The notes under the pieces were generated by a model, which saw only the letters and a list, made by a program, of their open reading frames with translations, was not told the origin of the DNA and did not search any database. The position numbers and the translations under genes were made by a program. A DNA stretch of 64,000 nt from Moniliella sp. 'wahieum' (taxonomy: Eukaryota). The stretch covers positions 124,001-188,000 of the forward strand of contig RSEE01000063.1 of the NCBI GenBank assembly GCA_003971905.1, in the 5' to 3' direction. This document shows, piece after piece, positions 62,126-64,000 of the stretch (positions within the stretch are counted from its first letter, which is position 1; each line of letters opens with the position of its first letter).

Positions 62126-64000
62126 CTCGCTTTCCCGTTCCTGGGTAGTGAGCGCGGGGTGGTAGACGCCGAGCGGAGGGAAGAGGCGCGCCATCGCCAT
62201 CGCCATCGCCCACGTTCCCGGCCCTGTTACTTTTTCTGGCTCGCTCCTTCCGCCCTTGTGCGGTCACCTCTGTTGTGTTGTTGTGCGGTGCGCGTTTACC
62301 GTTCACCGCCACGCTCAGTGGGTCCCCAATGTGACCTACTCAGCCTATAGTATCCCCCGTACCTCCCCCCCCCCCCTTCAACCTTTCCATACACACACTG
62401 TTGCCCTTGCCCTTGCCTTTTCCTCGTTCCCCGTTCCCACCATTCCCCCTCCTTCGTTCCCCTTTCTGCCATGTTTCTTATCCCCTCTTCTTCACCGCTC
62501 ATGTGACGGACATTGATTTCTTTCCACCCCACTGACCTAGCCTGAGCTAGGAGATACGTGCCTCATGCATCGCCATATACAATAGACGCTCTTTCCTTCG
62601 TTTTGTTTTCGGTTCAGCGTTGAGTTCAGCGTTCAGCGTTCAGCTTTGTTCTTGTTGTGGTATGTGGTATGTGGTTCGCATCGTTCTTCCCATCCCACTC
62701 CGTTAGGGTGCGGGGGAGGGGGGGTAGAATCTCCCCACTCGTTTTTTTTGCGTGCACACTCAAGTACTCACGCGCGTTGGTCTGCTCTTCCTCGTTTTGG
62801 GTCCCGCTTTGCCTCGTGAAGGTAGTTTGTCTTTCTTTGTCTCTAGGTCTTTGCATCTGTGCATCTGTGCATCTGTTTTCCGCGTGTGGGCCGCTCGGGA
62901 CGCGGGGTTTCCCTGTTGCCTGCGTCTCGGTCGCCTGGACGCAAGTGAAGTCACTAGTCACTTTCCCCTGGTCCAACTTGGAGCGTCTGGGAGCGTTGGA
63001 TCGTGGGAGCGTTGGAACGTTGGTGGCGGCACTGGAAAACAGAGGTGAGGAGATGCGAAGATGTGAAGACGTGGAGATATGGAGATGTGGGGACGGGGAC
63101 GATGTGTGGATGCCAATGAGTTAGAGGTGTGCTGGGTGTTCAATATAGTCTGCACGCTCGTTACTTGCACCCATCCATTCATTTTCGGGGGCGCACAATT
63201 GGGGGCGGTGATGCAGATGCATACGAGGCCATGATCGAACCGACCCAGGATAGATATATACATGGAATAGCTGAGTGTGTAGGAGAGCAGGTGGCGTGAG
63301 AACGATGTGGTTAATGTGGTCGATGGTGACTAGTGACTTCGCTTCCTAGTATACCTGTGTACCTACCTGCCTTGTTAACCTTTTTAAGCGTGCGTTGTTT
63401 GCGGAACAATAAGCGGTATCGTTGCTGGTCGTGGCCATCATATGCACATCAGGACGTATTCGGACAACTTATGGCACGCGGGATCTCCTTGCCTTCCACA
63501 CCTTTCCGCCATCCCATCGTTGGCGTACGCACAAGTCCTACGAGCCCCGAGACGGACGCTGCTAACCCTGGGATTGAGGGGGAGCAGGAGTTTCATCCGC
63601 CACCTGTTAGTCAAGACGGTGTGGAGAACAGACGAGTACAATGAACGTGGTCAGCGGGGGAACAAAACTAAAGATGTCAATATAGCACGGTCACATGGAA
63701 GCGAGCGAGGCTGTACCGAGATCTTCATGCGGCTATAGGGGTCCCAACAAAAAGGAGGCCCCTAAGAGGTAAATGCGGATATTGCCAAGACCATTTCGAC
63801 GCTCGCACGTCCCGTTCCCCAGGCCAGCTTGAGATGGCCCGGCTGGTCGTACCCTTTTCGTCCAACCGCCTTCGCCAAACGGATGTGGTGCATCAGATGT
63901 GAGAGCTTGAGGAAATGGAACGGCTCGCATCGTTTGTTGATGAGCAGAGAGTGGTACGACCGTGTGTACCGGTACAGGATGTATGTCTTGTGTCTCGTTC

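Overview
Eukaryotic, GC-rich, intron-poor fungal DNA. GTACGT/GTAAGC donors, CTRAC branch sites and basidiomycete-type MP88 and chitin deacetylase genes suggest a basidiomycete; Ustilaginomycotina is only an inference. Nearly every gene is broken by 1-bp deletions, many in homopolymers, consistent with an unpolished long-read assembly, so gene ends are approximate. The first ~6 kb holds decayed transposons (copia RT/RNase H relic, gypsy RNase H/integrase relic, LTR-like fragments). Recognisable genes: LURP-one/Tubby-C2-like protein, Tra2-like RRM protein, RBBP4/Hat2-type WD40 histone chaperone, RNase H-fold protein lacking all four catalytic acids, ammonium transporter, sphingoid base kinase convergent with a sphingolipid C9-methyltransferase, GPI-type chitin deacetylase, RRM+YTH protein, TPS1 and an MP88-like mannoprotein. 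A full-length Ty1/copia element (37437-42697) has identical 211-bp LTRs and a GGGTT target-site duplication. Most striking: (1) intergenic DNA is full of in-phase 7-bp NNTNANN duplications and TNANN|NNTNA palindromes that look like footprints of a hairpin-forming, 7-bp-staggered cutter; (2) the copia primer-binding site appears complementary to a tRNA-His-like anticodon arm (half-tRNA priming); (3) the pseudo-RNase H.
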